This document shows positions 9,680 through 18,114 of a stretch of 62,520 bases of DNA, piece after piece (positions within the stretch are counted from its first letter, which is position 1; the number at the start of each line of letters is the position of its first letter). The stretch comes from an uncultured Collinsella sp. (GTDB taxonomy: Bacteria; Actinomycetota; Coriobacteriia; Coriobacteriales; Coriobacteriaceae), in the NCBI GenBank assembly GCA_902493835.1, contig CABURG010000001.1:1-62520 (forward strand), read 5' to 3'. Position numbers and translations under genes: made by a program. The notes under the pieces are model-generated. The model had not been told where the DNA came from and did not search any database. It saw nothing but the letters and a program-made list of their open reading frames with translations.

Positions 9680-9845
9680 AAAAGGGCGCCCTCCATGCGG
9701 AGAACGCCCTTTGATTTCGCCATTTGAATTAGTGTCGGCTCTGGCTCAAAGAGTAGACAGGTTTATTTTGGCAGGGTTTATCTGGGCAAATGTCAGCCGC
9801 CACGAGGGAGCTGCCTTCCCTCACGGCGGTCTTCCAGCAGAAAAA

Positions 9846-9968
9846 CCAAGTGAGTAGGCTTTTTGCAGGAGGCCAAGCACGCCCCAAAACGCCACAGCTC
9901 TGACCTGCGGTTTTATTGAGCATTTGCCGCGGTGTGCTCGGCATATCCAAATAAGTCTACTCACTTGC
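9846..9968. repeat. Short inverted-repeat element with an internal TGACCTGCGGTTT core
   Basis: CAAGTGAGTAGGCTT ... AAGTCTACTCACTTG arms. Confidence 0.55.
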
Positions 9969-10050
9969 ATCTAAGACGCACCAGATAGGCAAAAACCGCC
10001 GCAAAAAGGGGCCGGTTCCCTTCGCGGCTGTTGTTAATACGCCGAGCTTG

Positions 10051-11220
10051 TTATCGTAAAAGCCAATCACGCGCCGAAACCACACTACAGTCTTTCGACT
10101 CATACGTTGAGTCCACGCGGGCTACAACATAGCGCGCATCTTTTGCAATGTCGATCTCATCGCATACAGTCTGTAGATGGCGGGCGTACTTATCGTGATA
10201 CGTTCTGGATGATTTTATTTCGATAGCCTTGGGACTCCCTGAGTTTGTACAGTCGAGCAAATCGATTTCACGCTTGCTGTCGTCCCTATAGAAATACAGC
10301 TCGGGATTCTCGCCCACGTTGAGATGGCTCTTCGCCGTTTCGGAAACGATGAGGTTTTCGAAAACGGCCCCCAGATAAGGGCTCTCCAATAGTTGCTCCA
10401 GTGATCCAATTTTGAGCAAGTAGCAGAGCAGCCCCGTGTCGTAAAAATAGAGCTTGGGCGTTTTAGTTAGACGCTTCTTGGCATTTGCATAATAGGGCTG
10501 CAGCGAAAACGTCAGGTAGCTCTGCTCCAGGATGGACAACCAGCTTTTAATGGTCGATACGCTCACGCCCGTATCTCGAGAAAGCGAGGATATATTGATG
10601 AGGGCACCGACGCTCTGAGCAATTATGGACAGAAACTTATGAAACTCCGCCTTATTGCGCACATCAAGCAAGCCCACAACATCGCGCTCAACATAGGTAT
10701 CGATATAGCTGGGAAAATAAACCGAGGACGGCATTCCGGCGGAACGCAGGCGAGGGTATCCCCCTTCGAGCGCGAACAAATCCACTTCCAGCTGCCCCTG
10801 CTGGCCCCTCTCCGCTTCTCGAAACGATAATGGCAGCAATTTCAAGATCCCGACTCGCCCGGCAAGAGACTGCCCGATGCTTTTCATCATCAAAAAGTTT
10901 TGCGAGCCTGTAAGGATGTATTGACCGGCGTCTCCCCGCTCATCCGAAACAACCTGGATCATTGAAAACAAATCCGGGGCGTATTGCGCCTCATCGATGA
11001 TGAGTCCGCCCTTTCGGTTGCGGATAAAACTCACCGGATCCTCCAAGGCCGCGCGCCTCGTTTGAGGGTCCTCAAGCGTGACGTAGGAATAGTCGGGAAA
11101 GGTATGCCGAACCAGCGTAGACTTACCGCTCTGCCTAGGCCCTGTCAACGACACAACAGGAAACCAGCCTGCCATGCGAATGAGCAACTCATGCAAATCC
11201 CTGTTAATGAACTCAGCCAT
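10051..11220 (-). CDS. AAA_14 ATPase with DUF4143 / PD-(D/E)xK-like C-terminus
   Basis: GPRQSGKST, IIDEAQ, LTGSQ, KTPKLYFYDTGL, GAVFEN, YFYRD...EIDLL...IEIK. Confidence 0.9.
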   Translation of the reverse strand: MAEFINRDLHELLIRMAGWFPVVSLTGPRQSGKSTLVRHTFPDYSYVTLEDPQTRRAALEDPVSFIRNRKGGLIIDEAQYAPDLFSMIQVVSDERGDAGQYILTGSQNFLMMKSIGQSLAGRVGILKLLPLSFREAERGQQGQLEVDLFALEGGYPRLRSAGMPSSVYFPSYIDTYVERDVVGLLDVRNKAEFHKFLSIIAQSVGALINISSLSRDTGVSVSTIKSWLSILEQSYLTFSLQPYYANAKKRLTKTPKLYFYDTGLLCYLLKIGSLEQLLESPYLGAVFENLIVSETAKSHLNVGENPELYFYRDDSKREIDLLDCTNSGSPKAIEIKSSRTYHDKYARHLQTVCDEIDIAKDARYVVARVDSTYESKDCSVVSARDWLLR

Positions 11221-11245
11221 ATCAACGCCCCTTATTGCGCTGTTA

Positions 11246-11306
11246 CCATAATCTGATAGTTTCATTCGCCATAATCTTATATTAGCGTTTACCACAATCT
11301 TATAGT
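11246..11306. promoter_or_regulatory. Three direct repeats at 23-bp period upstream of the AAA gene
   Basis: CCATAATCTGATAGT (11246), CCATAATCTTATATT (11269), CCACAATCTTATAGT (11292). Confidence 0.6.
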
Positions 11307-11357
11307 AGCCTAGTTCAAAAGCATTATTTATAGAGCCGAAATCTCAGACCCTAAATA

Positions 11358-11400
11358 ACAAAAGCCACCACAATGGGGGCTGTCCCCATTGTGGTGGCTT
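11358..11400 (-). terminator. Terminator after the MATE gene
   Basis: AAGCCACCACAATGGGG/CCCCATTGTGGTGGCTT stem; T-tract on the minus strand. Confidence 0.75.
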
Positions 11401-11448
11401 GCAGGCGAGTTAACTTGTTCGACTATCGTACGCCAGCCATGTCCGAGC

Positions 11449-12825
11449 CTAGAGCGTGGCAAGGCGCTTGGACTCGTGCGCGGCGAGCGCAATGGAGATG
11501 ATGCCGGTAATGGCGTCGGCCACCACCAGGGCGATCCACACGCCCTCAACACCCATCATGTTGCCGAGGAGGTACATAAGCGGCACTGAGCAGATCACAT
11601 AGCGAAGCAGGCCGGTAAACGTGGCGACACCAACCTTCTCGACCGCCTGGAAATATATCGACATGGTCATGGCAAGATAGCCCAGGGCAACAGCCAGGAT
11701 GACGGTACGCGTGGCGTTGGCGGCAACCTCAACGAGCGCAGGATCGCTGCCGGCAAAGAAGGCGCACACCGGAGTGGCGGCAAGCCAGAGCGCGACGGTG
11801 ACCAGCGCCAGCGTCACAACCTGGTACTTAAGCGTGCAAGAGAGCGTCTCCTTAAGGCGCGCCCAAGCCTTTGCGCCGGCGTTGAAGGCAGCGATGGGCT
11901 GCAGGCCATAGGAGAAGCACTGGGCAACCATCATGGTGATGTAGAGGATGTAGCCGTTGATCACGCCAAAGGCTGCGATGTAGAGCGAGCCCATGTCGCC
12001 GCCGAGCGAGCCCAAAAGCGAGTTGGCAACGGTGTTAAAGATAAAGGTCGCGCCCTGGACCAGGAAGAACGGGAAGCCGATCTTGAGGATCTGGCCGCAG
12101 ATGGCGAGGTCGAGCTTAAGGTCGGCCAGGCTAATCTGGAGCTGGGACTTTTTGCCCCCGATGAACCAGAAGATACCGATGGCCCAGATACCGATGGAAA
12201 GCCCGTAGTACACGCCGGCGCCCATAACGCCAAACTTGAGCACAAACGTAGAAAGCGCGAGCCAGCAGATGGCAACGATGGCCGAAACGGTCATGAGGTT
12301 GGCCTGGACCTGAACCTTCTCGTCCACACGCATCACAGCGGTGACCATCTGGCCAATGACCGTGAGCGGCAGCAGCACGGCGAAGGTGCGCACGCCGGCA
12401 ACGGTATCGGCCATGATGTCGGGCGTGGCGCCAAAGAATGCGCAGATGGGCTCGGTAAACACGGCCATCACCACAGCAAGCAGCACACTCACAATCGTGG
12501 TGAGCCAAAAGCCCTGGCTAAAAGCCTTGCTTGCGCCCTTAATGTCGCCGGCACCCAAAAGGTTGCCCACCACGGCGGGCACGCCGGTGCCAAACAGGTT
12601 GCCAAAGGCCAGGTTGATGTACTCGACCGACATGATGATCGAGACGCAGGCCAGGCCGTGGGCACCCAGGCCCCAACCCATCACGAGGCCCTCGAGGACC
12701 ACCATGATGATCTGGGCGAGCATGCCCTGGCCGGTGACGATGGTGTACTTACGCACCAGACCGGGAATCGGTTGGGAGGCGAGCTCGCGCTCCTCCTCCA
12801 CGGCAGCGGTTACTTCTTCTGCCAT
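11449..12825 (-). CDS. MATE family efflux transporter
   Basis: About 12 hydrophobic segments, MepA-like motifs (ILKIGFP, GLQPIAAFNAGAK, GVEGVWIA); start MAEEVTA. Confidence 0.88.
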   Translation of the reverse strand: MAEEVTAAVEEERELASQPIPGLVRKYTIVTGQGMLAQIIMVVLEGLVMGWGLGAHGLACVSIIMSVEYINLAFGNLFGTGVPAVVGNLLGAGDIKGASKAFSQGFWLTTIVSVLLAVVMAVFTEPICAFFGATPDIMADTVAGVRTFAVLLPLTVIGQMVTAVMRVDEKVQVQANLMTVSAIVAICWLALSTFVLKFGVMGAGVYYGLSIGIWAIGIFWFIGGKKSQLQISLADLKLDLAICGQILKIGFPFFLVQGATFIFNTVANSLLGSLGGDMGSLYIAAFGVINGYILYITMMVAQCFSYGLQPIAAFNAGAKAWARLKETLSCTLKYQVVTLALVTVALWLAATPVCAFFAGSDPALVEVAANATRTVILAVALGYLAMTMSIYFQAVEKVGVATFTGLLRYVICSVPLMYLLGNMMGVEGVWIALVVADAITGIISIALAAHESKRLATL

Positions 12826-12912
12826 TGTTCTCCCCTTTCCTTGAGAGAGTAGTGCTGAATGGATGTCAGGCGGCTGACAACTGGCGCCAAGCCGCCCAAC
12901 CAAACGATGGCG

Positions 12913-14541
12913 CTAGGCCTCAAAGACCACCTTGCCGGCGATCATCGTAAGGGCCGCGGTAGCCTCGAGCACCTCTGCCGGCTCGCAGGTAAAGAGATTG
13001 CGGTCGAGTACGCAAATGTCGGCTTGCTTGCCGCAGGCGAGTGTGCCGATGCGGTCCTCAGCATGCATAGCGTAGGCGCTGCCGTAGGTGTATGCGCGCA
13101 GGGCCTCGGCCATAGTGATTCGCTCCTCGGGGAACCAACCCTCAGGATTAGATCCATCCTCGAGCATGCGGTAGACCGCTCCATAGACTTCCTCCATAGG
13201 CTCAAGCCCCACGACCGGGAAGTCGGAGCCCAGATGCACGCAGGCACCGCTCGCGAGCAGGCTATGAATTGGCCACGAGAGCGCCGCGCGCTCGGGACCA
13301 ACGGCGTCGTCCTTTGCCAAGTCGGCCATATCAAGCAGCATATGCCACGGCTGCATGGCCGGACAGACGCCGAGTTCCGCATAGCGCGGCAAATCCTCAG
13401 GTTGAACAGTCTCGTTGTGCTCCATGGAGTGACGACAGCCCATAAGACCGTAACGCTTCTCACCCTCCTCGAAGCAGTCCAGGATAAAGCGTACGGAACG
13501 ATCGCCTATGGCATGGATGCGCGTGTCGACACCCCACTCAAGCGCTTTAAGGATGGCATTACGCACATGCTCTGGTTCCTCAGCCGGCTCGCCACAGGTC
13601 TCGGGAGCATTGGCATAGGGCTCGAGCATCCAAGCAGTATGATCGGAACACACGCCGTCGATGAACTGCTTAAAGCCATGCCACTCGACCTGCGTGCCCG
13701 GAAAGTCGTATTTAGCTCGAATTTCCTCGAGTGTCATGGTCTCGTTCTCAAAAAGGTCTGTGTACATGAACACGCGTAACGGCAGTTCACCCTTACCGTT
13801 GAGCTCTGCAAGCACCTTGTAGGGGTTGTCCATGCTCACGAAGGTCGGATTAACCATGCCGACGGTCGTAATACCGAGAGCGTTGGCGCGGCGTGCAGTC
13901 TTGGCGAAGGAGGCATCGACCACTTCGGGAGCAGGGTCGTATACCTCGTCCATAAAAAGGGCACCAGCGTTGTTCGAGAAAACCCCCGTGAGGTTGCCGA
14001 GCTCATCCTTGAGAATCTTGCCGCCTGCAGGATCGGGCGTCTCGGTAGTAATGCCGACTTTCTCGATAGCGCAGGTGTTGGCACTAAACGTATGCATGTC
14101 GACCTGCTGCAAAAATACCGGACGGTCCGAGATGTATTTGTCAATCATCGCGGCCGTGGGCATCTCGGGCACATCCCACTGGAACTGAATGATTTGGCAG
14201 CCCACAATCCACTCGTTGCTCGGATGGCTTTCGGCAAATGCCTGAACACGCTCCATACACTGCTCAAAGCTTGTGCAATCGATGAGATTGACGGCGAAAT
14301 CGGGATCGGACACAAAGGCGCCCTGGGCATAGTGAGTGTGTGAGTCGATGATGCCAGGCATGACGAGCTTATCGCCATAGTCGCGCACCTCGGTATCGGG
14401 CCCGATAAAAGCGTCGAGGTACTTATCCTCGCCGCACGCAACAATCCTGTCACCTGCGACGGCAACGCCGCCCTTGAACGGGGCCAGCCCGTCACCAGTG
14501 AACACAGCATTACTTTTGATGACTAAATCCGCTTTGTCCAT
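12913..14541 (-). CDS. Amidohydrolase_3 (YtcJ/NfdA-like) metallo-amidohydrolase
   Basis: PGIIDSHTH, FKQFIDG, IHAIGD, MEH, GSDFP, GTLACGKQAD; GAGGAGG RBS. Confidence 0.9.
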   Translation of the reverse strand: MDKADLVIKSNAVFTGDGLAPFKGGVAVAGDRIVACGEDKYLDAFIGPDTEVRDYGDKLVMPGIIDSHTHYAQGAFVSDPDFAVNLIDCTSFEQCMERVQAFAESHPSNEWIVGCQIIQFQWDVPEMPTAAMIDKYISDRPVFLQQVDMHTFSANTCAIEKVGITTETPDPAGGKILKDELGNLTGVFSNNAGALFMDEVYDPAPEVVDASFAKTARRANALGITTVGMVNPTFVSMDNPYKVLAELNGKGELPLRVFMYTDLFENETMTLEEIRAKYDFPGTQVEWHGFKQFIDGVCSDHTAWMLEPYANAPETCGEPAEEPEHVRNAILKALEWGVDTRIHAIGDRSVRFILDCFEEGEKRYGLMGCRHSMEHNETVQPEDLPRYAELGVCPAMQPWHMLLDMADLAKDDAVGPERAALSWPIHSLLASGACVHLGSDFPVVGLEPMEEVYGAVYRMLEDGSNPEGWFPEERITMAEALRAYTYGSAYAMHAEDRIGTLACGKQADICVLDRNLFTCEPAEVLEATAALTMIAGKVVFEA

Positions 14542-14551
14542 ATGAGCCTCC

Positions 14552-14692
14552 TCAGACGTTACAGGACAATGGATGAGCGCCACGATACGACGCGCCCAAT
14601 CGGTGAGGGAGCATTTGTCGCTCCCTACATGACACGTGCCTACGAGCGGTCGGGTGTCTGTCCAGCGCCCTACGCCCCGTGTCAACACCCAT
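14552..14692 (-). CDS. Candidate 46-aa Arg-rich leader peptide (uORF)
   Basis: AGGAGGT-6 nt-ATG; MGVDTGRRALDRHPTARRHVSCRERQMLPHRLGASYRGAHPLSCNV; stop TGA overlaps the amidohydrolase RBS. Confidence 0.35.
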   Translation of the reverse strand: MGVDTGRRALDRHPTARRHVSCRERQMLPHRLGASYRGAHPLSCNV

Positions 14693-14848
14693 TGACGCAC
14701 CTCCTGCACAAGCTGCCAAGATGGAAGCGAGCGAACGGACGGCTTAAGAAGGTTTACACGTCTGAGCAGGTATTTTATTGTCAAAGTTTATTGTCGCTTC
14801 ATTACGCCAAGTGGTCTGCGATACGCCGTCAGCCGAACCACTCCAGCC

Positions 14849-15841
14849 TTACGAGCGCCAGAATGTCTCAATCAAGTCGTCACGCGCCTTGATTTCGCTC
14901 TTTACATAGATGCGATGCAGGTGAGCCTTGACGGTACCCGGACTAATCACAAGTTCGTTAGCAATATTTTGGACATCGAGTCCACGCAATACGAGTGTAA
15001 GCACTTCCTGTTCACGCTTTGAAAGCCCATGCTCGTCCGAGAAAATCACAACACGCGAGACAAGGTCCTCCCGTGCATCACGGCGCTCTGTCGCTACCTC
15101 TTCATCGGCACGAGGGTGACGCGAGAACACACGTAAGATATGGCTGAACTGTTTAAATAGCTGAACGGCTGCAGCCACAAACAATAAATTCTCTGAGATA
15201 TTCCGCTCGCCCAGATACCATAAAAAGGCGCTCACTATCACGTTGTCGACGTCAGGCGTGCAGAATAGGATCATATAGGTATCCTCGATAACCACCATCA
15301 CGGTAAGCACGCAGGCTATGCGAAAGAACGTCCGAGAGCGCTCAAGATCGAGCCGCTCAGCCCTATTCTCCGTCTTGCGATAGCGGGCGTAAGCATATAC
15401 CAAGCAGAATGCCATTCCCAAATCGCGCGCAAGCCAAAAAAGATATTGCTGAACCTGGCCCGCAAAACCAGTACGAGGCACCAGAGCAAGCTGAAGCACG
15501 GCGATCGGTACGACATATGCGGCAACGCGCTTAACGGTCACCTCATCGTGTAAGCGAAACGTTACCCAAAGCCATACGCACGCAAGAATCGCCACGCCCA
15601 GCGCGCAGCGCAGTAACGGATGTTGAAGTGGCTCATTAAACGTCACCACATAGTCATATTTGAGCCGGTTGTACTCATCAAAGAAGATCACCGACATATC
15701 GAAGATATAGAGAAGGAAGCCCGCGGCGGCCACCAAACAATCGCGTCGACGAGTCATGAGCCATATTACGAGTGCAGTTGATGCCGTTACCAATCCAATG
15801 CCCATGACAAGAATCGTGTAGATAAAGAATGCGAAGCTCAT
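14849..15841 (-). CDS. Membrane-anchored LuxR regulator, AguR-like paralog
   Basis: About 7 TM segments, ERNISEN motif shared with 22582-23547, C-terminal LuxR HTH. Confidence 0.9.
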   Translation of the reverse strand: MSFAFFIYTILVMGIGLVTASTALVIWLMTRRRDCLVAAAGFLLYIFDMSVIFFDEYNRLKYDYVVTFNEPLQHPLLRCALGVAILACVWLWVTFRLHDEVTVKRVAAYVVPIAVLQLALVPRTGFAGQVQQYLFWLARDLGMAFCLVYAYARYRKTENRAERLDLERSRTFFRIACVLTVMVVIEDTYMILFCTPDVDNVIVSAFLWYLGERNISENLLFVAAAVQLFKQFSHILRVFSRHPRADEEVATERRDAREDLVSRVVIFSDEHGLSKREQEVLTLVLRGLDVQNIANELVISPGTVKAHLHRIYVKSEIKARDDLIETFWRS

Positions 15842-15930
15842 ACTACCCTCATTCCGCGCACAACCAGCTTGATTCCGCATTACGGTTATGGTAGAAACAT
15901 CGACGAATACCAAGATCGAAAGGAGATGCC

Positions 15931-16122
15931 ATGGCGCCGATTACACCGCTCAAGATTATTGTCGCGCCTGCCGCCAAGGCCATCGCCAAGATCGGTTCGA
16001 CCATGACCTACGATGACGTTCCTTGCATCGTTGATGAATGCAACGACAGCTGCCCCTACCTGGGCCATGTCCCCTACTTTGCGCCTAAACTCTCCTCTGA
16101 TATCGAGCAGCACAACCGCTAG
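15931..16122 (+). CDS. Hypothetical 63-aa small protein
   Basis: GAAAGGAG RBS 5 nt before ATG; fills an otherwise empty gap; GC3-rich codons. Confidence 0.45.
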   Translation: MAPITPLKIIVAPAAKAIAKIGSTMTYDDVPCIVDECNDSCPYLGHVPYFAPKLSSDIEQHNR

Positions 16123-16217
16123 CATAACCTTCACGATTGCCGCAGTAATCCTCGCAGCAATTTGTTAACTCGGAAGCAACTCCGGTTTTGAGTCCCGCAC
16201 TGCCGAACCGAACCCCC

Positions 16218-17615
16218 TCACGATTTGCGTTTTCCACACACGCCAACGCCGGGATTGTCGACGCTGCGGCCGCGGCGCGATATGAGGCGCGAAACCTCGC
16301 CCAGCAACACGGCGATCACCACACCCATGAGAATGGGCAACTTTGCCATTTCGGCGGGCGAGCCGTTGAGCGGCACAATCGTAGCGACAATCGAAAGCAC
16401 AAGCTCCACCACGGGAATCGCAAGCGCCACCGCAAGCACCTTGCCCTCGAAGGGCGCGCGGAACACGCGCGGGCGATCGTCATATTTGCGCAGGCGCCAA
16501 AACGCTGGGAACATCGGGATATAGCTCATAAGCAGGAAGACGACGTTCATCGAGAAGAAAACCCAAAAAACGTCGGAACCCTCGCCCAGCGGAATCTGAA
16601 GTAGCAGCACCAAGCTGGCAAAACAACCGTTAATGATTGCCGAGCCATTGGGCATGCCGGTCTTCTTGGACACCAGCGCAAAAGGACGCGGCATATTGCC
16701 ATGACGCGCGGCATAGCTCGCCACGTTGTTAACGCCAAAGCTCCAGCAGATCATGTTGGCGAACAGCGTCACCAAAAAGGCCACGCCCACGACCATCGTC
16801 AGCGGATGGCTGCGCCCCAACATGGCGGCGACCGCGTCCACAATGCCCGAATCGAGCGAAAGCTGCTCGGTGGGAACCGCGGCTCCAATGCCGACGCCGC
16901 AGATAATGTAAATCGCCGCAATGGCAACGCCACCAGCGATAACCGCCTTGGGGATATCGCGCGATGGGTTTTTCATCGTGCTGGCAAAGGTCGCGACCAC
17001 TTCGAAGCCCATAAAGTTGAACAGGATGATCGATAGGTACGTCAACGAATTGGTGTCGCCCAAATCTGGAATGAAGGTCTTAAACGACATGTCGTTGGCA
17101 AAGCCGTTATTGCAGGCAAACCAGATGCCGACGATTCCCACCACGGCGGTAATGAGCACCTTGATGACGGCACCGCCGTCCATGACCCAATCGGCCTCGG
17201 CCACCGGGTGCATCGCCATGACCGTGACGCCCCACACAAAGGCAAGCTCGATGGCAATTCGAACCCCGAGCGAAAACTCGATGCCCCATACCGCATTGAT
17301 GACACTGGGGAACATACAGGCAATACTTGCCACCCACAGTGGAAAGTTGACCCAGTAGCACCAGGAGCAACGGGCGCCCCAACGGTCGCCCAAGCCCAGG
17401 CGAACCCAATCGTACAGGCCGCCCTCGGAATCGAACGCCGTACCGAGCTCGGCCACCACCAGGCCATAGGGAAGCAAAAACGTAATGATGAGGAAGATCC
17501 ACCAGAAGAACTGCACGTTACCCATGGCAGACGCCGGAGCAGCCGCCTCGATGGTAAAGACAACGCAGATAACCGAGAGGATGACCTCGAACAGGGAGAA
17601 CTTTTTACCTACCAT
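16218..17615 (-). CDS. APC-family amino acid/polyamine permease (AguD paralog)
   Basis: EAAAPA..GN.QFFWW, EGGLYDWV, NFMGFEV, P.RDIPKA; clear paralog of 19605-21044. Confidence 0.92.
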   Translation of the reverse strand: MVGKKFSLFEVILSVICVVFTIEAAAPASAMGNVQFFWWIFLIITFLLPYGLVVAELGTAFDSEGGLYDWVRLGLGDRWGARCSWCYWVNFPLWVASIACMFPSVINAVWGIEFSLGVRIAIELAFVWGVTVMAMHPVAEADWVMDGGAVIKVLITAVVGIVGIWFACNNGFANDMSFKTFIPDLGDTNSLTYLSIILFNFMGFEVVATFASTMKNPSRDIPKAVIAGGVAIAAIYIICGVGIGAAVPTEQLSLDSGIVDAVAAMLGRSHPLTMVVGVAFLVTLFANMICWSFGVNNVASYAARHGNMPRPFALVSKKTGMPNGSAIINGCFASLVLLLQIPLGEGSDVFWVFFSMNVVFLLMSYIPMFPAFWRLRKYDDRPRVFRAPFEGKVLAVALAIPVVELVLSIVATIVPLNGSPAEMAKLPILMGVVIAVLLGEVSRLISRRGRSVDNPGVGVCGKRKS

Positions 17616-17787
17616 GGCACGCTCCCCCTACAGCAAAAAGGATGGCATCTGTACCGAAGGCGCGGCCCAAGGTAGGGTTGCAGGCCGCGTCACCGGTGCA
17701 GGTGCCATCCCATAGAGAAGAGAGGATGCAATTGTTGGACCAACGCTCGCGGAACAGGCGCGTGTAGATAACGATACGCTGGTACAT
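17605..17787 (-). promoter_or_regulatory. Candidate leader peptide plus attenuator hairpin upstream of the permease
   Basis: GGAG-ATG ORF MYQRIVIYTRLFRERWSNNCIL... reads through a GGATGGCA...TGCCATCC-TTTTT hairpin just before the permease RBS. Confidence 0.4.
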
Positions 17788-17835
17788 AGATACTCCGATC
17801 AAAACGGTCGCGCTCGCAACCGGAAACTATCAGCA

Positions 17836-17918
17836 ATTGAATACGCGTCTGACCTGGGAAATTCAAGCGAACAATTGGCCTAACCCGCAATAAATCCCAG
17901 ATCAGACGCGTATTCAAT
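17836..17918. repeat. 24-bp inverted repeat with a 35-bp spacer
   Basis: ATTGAATACGCGTCTGACCTGGGA / TCCCAGATCAGACGCGTATTCAAT, 23/24. Confidence 0.8.
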
Positions 17919-17923
17919 CAAAG

Positions 17924-17960
17924 AAAAAGGGCACTCCGATGTGGAGGCAACGGAGTGCCC
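17924..17960 (-). terminator. Terminator of the aguB-aguD-aguA operon
   Basis: GGGCACTCCG/CGGAGTGCCC stem followed by TTTTTCTTT on the minus strand. Confidence 0.8.
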
Positions 17961-18007
17961 AAAGAAAAGCCAGCCGATCAATCAGGTAGCCCTGTTCGCT
18001 TGACCGG

Positions 18008-18110
18008 CTGGGTTTCTGAGGTGCGGCAGATTCCCGTGAAAGAGGAGCGCCGCGTACTTCGGTACGCAAGCGACGAATGAACGGGAAGGTGCCGTGCCTC
18101 AGGAAGCCAG
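18008..18110 (-). repeat. Long hairpin related to the 150-nt structured repeat (core only)
   Basis: Reverse complement contains CGTTCA.TCGTCG...GCGTACCGAAGTACGC...CTCCTCTTTCACG as in the 23547-23695 copy. Confidence 0.7.
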
Positions 18111-18114
18111 ACGA

